Under the pieces are notes generated by a model. The model did not search any database, was not told the DNA's origin, and saw only the letters and a program-made list of their open reading frames with translations. This document shows positions 61,021 to 64,000 of a stretch of DNA of 64,000 bases, one piece after another. Position 1 is the first letter of the stretch; each line of letters starts with the position of its first letter. The position numbers were made by a program, and so were the translations under genes. The stretch spans positions 5,344,001 through 5,408,000 of the forward strand of contig OY771506.1 in the NCBI GenBank assembly GCA_963674705.1. The letters run 5' to 3'. The DNA is from Phycisphaeraceae bacterium (GTDB lineage: Bacteria; Planctomycetota; Phycisphaerae; Phycisphaerales; Phycisphaeraceae).

Positions 61021-62151
61021 TCAGTTACTCCCCAGCGCATCCGACTGTTTCACGAAGTCGTCGCCGGACCATTCTTCGTCGGCGGCGACCATCTTCTTTT
61101 TTGCGGCGGCGGCTTTGGCTTCGGCCTTGGCTTTGGCCTGCAACTCGACCAGGTGTGCATGCGTTGTGAAGTACTGAAGGCTGTGGCCCTTGAAGTCGTC
61201 GATGGTGTTGAAGCCGTGCTTATCCATGAACGCTGCAAGGTCGTCGCACATCTGCTTGACCATCGCGTAGCCGAACTTCATCACGCCGGTGCAGACCTGC
61301 ACGGTATCGCTGCCGAGCAGGATAAACTGTGCCGCGTCTTCGCCGGTCTCGATCCCGCCGATGCCTGACAGCGTTCTGCCCGGGTATTCTTTCTTAATCA
61401 CTTGGGCGATTTCCATGCACATGCGCAGCGCGATGGGCCGCACCGCTTTGCAGGAATACCCGCCCGGTGTCGTGTATCCCTCAACACTCGGCTCAGGGTG
61501 GAGCGTATCGAGATTCACACCGATCACACTGCGGATCGTATTGATCGCAGCAATCCCGTCACAACCCGCCTTCAGTGAAGCACGTGTCGGGTCTTCGATG
61601 TGCGTGATATTTGGCGTCATCTTCGCCCAGACCGGGATCTTCGTCGCTTCCATTACCCAGCCACAGACCTCTTCGAGAATTGCCGGATCTTCACCCATCG
61701 CCGCACCCATCTTGCGTTCGGGCAAACCATGCGGGCAGGAAAAGTTCAACTCGAACGCATCGACGCCGCAATCCTGACAACGTTCAACAATCTCAAACCA
61801 TGCATCCTTGTTGAATTCCTCCATGATCGAGGCGATCAGGATGCGATCTGGATACTTATCCTTAATCTGCTTGAACTCATCGATCCATACATCAAACGAG
61901 CGGTCGGATATAAGCTCGATATTCTCCCAGCCGAAGATATCCTTGCCATCATTACCGCGGAGCCTGCCGTAGCGAGGCGCGACGTTAATCACCTTGGAGG
62001 CATCGAGGCTGACGGTCTTGGCAACCACCGCGCCCCAGCCTTCATCGAACGCCTTACCGATCACGTTTGCATTCGTTCCGGGCGGGCCCGAAGCAATCAC
62101 AAACGGATTAGGCATCTCCAGGCCGTTAACAGTCACACTCAGGTCAGGCAT
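61021..62151 (-). CDS. preA: Dihydropyrimidine dehydrogenase FMN subunit (PreA family), lacking the C-terminal ferredoxin domain; plant PYD1-like
   Basis: NPFVIASGPP, GWENIELISDR, LNFSCPHG..ERKMGAA, KMTPNIT, AINT, SGIGG and VQVCT motifs; no CxxCxxC cluster. Confidence 0.88.
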   Translation of the reverse strand: MPDLSVTVNGLEMPNPFVIASGPPGTNANVIGKAFDEGWGAVVAKTVSLDASKVINVAPRYGRLRGNDGKDIFGWENIELISDRSFDVWIDEFKQIKDKYPDRILIASIMEEFNKDAWFEIVERCQDCGVDAFELNFSCPHGLPERKMGAAMGEDPAILEEVCGWVMEATKIPVWAKMTPNITHIEDPTRASLKAGCDGIAAINTIRSVIGVNLDTLHPEPSVEGYTTPGGYSCKAVRPIALRMCMEIAQVIKKEYPGRTLSGIGGIETGEDAAQFILLGSDTVQVCTGVMKFGYAMVKQMCDDLAAFMDKHGFNTIDDFKGHSLQYFTTHAHLVELQAKAKAEAKAAAAKKKMVAADEEWSGDDFVKQSDALGSN

Positions 62152-62183
62152 ATGCTATCTCCAATTCTGTTATATCTTGTTTG

Positions 62184-62348
62184 AACCACAGAGACACAGA
62201 GGCACAGAGAAGAAGTGGAACAGGGATGGACACGGATAAACACAGATAATTTTAAACCGCGATTGCTTACATCCAACTATCCAATCTTAATCCGTGTTCC
62301 TCCCTGTTCCCGTCCGGCTTTCTCTGTGAACTCTGTGTCACCGTGGTT
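62184..62348. repeat. Nested palindromic repeat (ccacagagacacagag / cacggataaacacagat types)
   Basis: Outer arms aaccacagagacacagaggcacagagaa / ttctctgtgaactctgtgtcaccgtggtt; inner arms gaacagggatggacacggat / atccgtgttcctccctgttc. Confidence 0.75.
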
Positions 62349-63738
62349 AATTCTTTTGCTCCACTTCCCCCAGCACCTGATCCAGCACGGCAAGCATAAA
62401 CTCGACATCATCCTTGGTAATGCACATCGGTGGTTTGATGCGCAGCGTGTTGCCGAACAATCCGCCCTTACCAATGATCAAACCAAGGTCACGGCAGCGC
62501 TCCATCACGTCCGCAGCTTGTGCGGTCGCCGGCGTCTTCGTCTTCCGGTCCGCTACTAACTCCACACCAAGCATCAGACCGAGCCCTCGCACTTCGCCGA
62601 TCAGAGCGTGTTTATCCTGTAGTGCGAGCAAGCCATCCTTGATAAACGAACCTAACTTGTCCGCGTTCTCCTGGATACCTTCTTCATCAATCACTTCCAG
62701 CGTCGCAAGCCCCTGGATCATGCTGACGGGATTGCCGCCGAAGGTGTTGAAGTGGATCTTGTTAGCCATGTTCTTCGAGATCGCTGCCGTCGTGGTCATC
62801 GCGCCAAGCGGTGCACCGTTGCCGATACCCTTGGCCATCGTGATCATGTCGGGCTTCACATCGAAGTTCTGGTGCGACCAGTAATATTTACCGGTTCGCC
62901 CAAACCCACCCTGCACCTCGTCTGCGATACACAAACCGCCGTGCTGGCGCACGATGTCGTACACGATCTGGAAGAATTCCTTTGGCGGCATCACCGTCCC
63001 GCCGACGCCCTGGATCGGCTCGCCGATGAAGCAAGCGATCTGGCCCGGTGTCTGGTACTGAATGACGTTCTTCACATCATGTGCACACTTCAAGTCACAC
63101 GACGGATAGGCCAGGCCGTACGGGCAGCGGTAGCAATACCCCGGATGTGAGTGATGGATATGCATGCTCGGGTTCTGCTTGAACTTCCACGATCCGTGAG
63201 CCGTCAAGCCCATCGGCGTCGTCGTCCCGCCGTGATAACCGTTACGAAGTGCGATCACATCCATATTCCCCGTGTGCTCCCGGCTGCAAAGGACCGCGAT
63301 CTCATTCGCCTCGCTACCGGAATTCGTAAAATACGATTGCTCCAGCGGGCTGCCGTCCGGTGCGTCAGGCATCTTGGATGCCAGTTTCTGTGCAAACAGC
63401 GCGATATTTGGATTCAGATAAATCGTTGTCGTGTGCTGCAGCGTTTCGTTCTGCTTGCGGACCTTCTCAATGACCTTCGGATGACAATGCCCCACGCTGA
63501 CCGTCACGATCCCCGCGAACACGTCGAGGTAGCGTGTGCCCTTCTCGTCCCAGAGATACTGCATATGCCCCTCGACGATCATCATCGGCTTCTTGTAATA
63601 CGTCAGCACGCCGGGTGAAACATACTGCGAGCGCAACGCGATCACTTCATCTTTCGATGGCCCGGCATATGGCGCCGGCTTGTGGTTGCAGACGGGAAGG
63701 CTGAGTTTGTGCTCTATATCAGTGTGTGTCGTAGTCAT
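62347..63738 (-). CDS. Class III PLP aminotransferase, AGXT2/PYD4-like (beta-alanine/alanine-glyoxylate)
   Basis: YLDVFAGI..GHCHP, FTNSGSEANE, EPIQGVGG, IADEVQ.GFGRTG, AKGIGNG and NTFGGNP motifs. Confidence 0.88.
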   Translation of the reverse strand: MTTTHTDIEHKLSLPVCNHKPAPYAGPSKDEVIALRSQYVSPGVLTYYKKPMMIVEGHMQYLWDEKGTRYLDVFAGIVTVSVGHCHPKVIEKVRKQNETLQHTTTIYLNPNIALFAQKLASKMPDAPDGSPLEQSYFTNSGSEANEIAVLCSREHTGNMDVIALRNGYHGGTTTPMGLTAHGSWKFKQNPSMHIHHSHPGYCYRCPYGLAYPSCDLKCAHDVKNVIQYQTPGQIACFIGEPIQGVGGTVMPPKEFFQIVYDIVRQHGGLCIADEVQGGFGRTGKYYWSHQNFDVKPDMITMAKGIGNGAPLGAMTTTAAISKNMANKIHFNTFGGNPVSMIQGLATLEVIDEEGIQENADKLGSFIKDGLLALQDKHALIGEVRGLGLMLGVELVADRKTKTPATAQAADVMERCRDLGLIIGKGGLFGNTLRIKPPMCITKDDVEFMLAVLDQVLGEVEQKN

Positions 63739-63814
63739 GGGATATCCTGTGCCCATTGGGTAGCGATGAGGCGTGTGAACACGCCAGTTTGATAAACTGC
63801 ATTGTCCTTATCTA

Positions 63815-64000
63815 TCACAACTGCACGATCTGCCCGTACGTCTCCGGCCGACGGTCACGGAAGAACTGCCACGTGTTACGCACCTCGCGGATCAGGTCAA
63901 AGTCCATGTCCGAGATGACGATGTCGTCTTCGGTACGCTTATCAGAGACGTTGATCATCTGCCCGCGAGGATCGCAGAAGTAACTCTGCCCGTAGAATTC
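63815..64000 (-). CDS. C-terminus of a nitrilase-family protein, probably beta-ureidopropionase (partial; not in the ORF track)
   Basis: Manual translation EFYGQSYFCDPRGQ..DMDFDLIREVRNTWQFFRDRRPETYGQIVQL*; pyrimidine catabolism context. Confidence 0.8.
   Translation of the reverse strand, partial: EFYGQSYFCDPRGQMINVSDKRTEDDIVISDMDFDLIREVRNTWQFFRDRRPETYGQIVQL

Noticed and set aside
60757..61368. 203-aa + strand ORF
   Set aside because: Runs through REP repeats and is antisense to preA.

Overview
This is a 64 kb chromosomal window. It most likely comes from a Planctomycetota genome of class Phycisphaerae; that is an inference from the prepilin/H-X9-DG proteins, the dockerin-like plus PEP-CTERM tails and the CxxCGYDLRG zinc-ribbon membrane protein. 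Housekeeping genes include cysH, a phosphomannomutase, glnA, truB, tRNA-Ser(GGA), purB, nadA, lptB, an rluB-like gene and pdxH. Among them sit several accessory features. (1) A ~19 kb beta-1,3-glucan (laminarin-type) utilisation locus at 26.3-45.3 kb encodes a GH149-like phosphorylase, a sugar ABC importer, two LacI regulators, a frameshifted clan GH-A hydrolase, two GH16 and one GH17. It has no SusC/SusD. Instead it has repeated pairs of a PEP-CTERM surface protein and a pilin-like H-X9-DG protein, and two of the surface proteins carry a dockerin-like repeat pair split by an inserted CBM-like domain. This is the best candidate for an undescribed system. (2) An AT-rich KAP-family NTPase next to tRNA-Ser is a candidate defence gene. 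(3) A TPR-AAA+ ATPase (Vps4/katanin-like motifs) is paired with a TPR membrane protein. (4) A reductive pyrimidine-catabolism cluster has a dehydrogenase that looks plant PYD1-like, and it is interrupted by a RAYT-type HUH transposase with flanking REP doublets. (5) Many REP-like repeat families are present, several of which bracket small AT-rich orphan genes like cassettes. (6) There is one perfect 33-bp dif-like palindrome. No rRNA, CRISPR array or integrase was seen. All family assignments come from motif recognition by eye, not from database searches.
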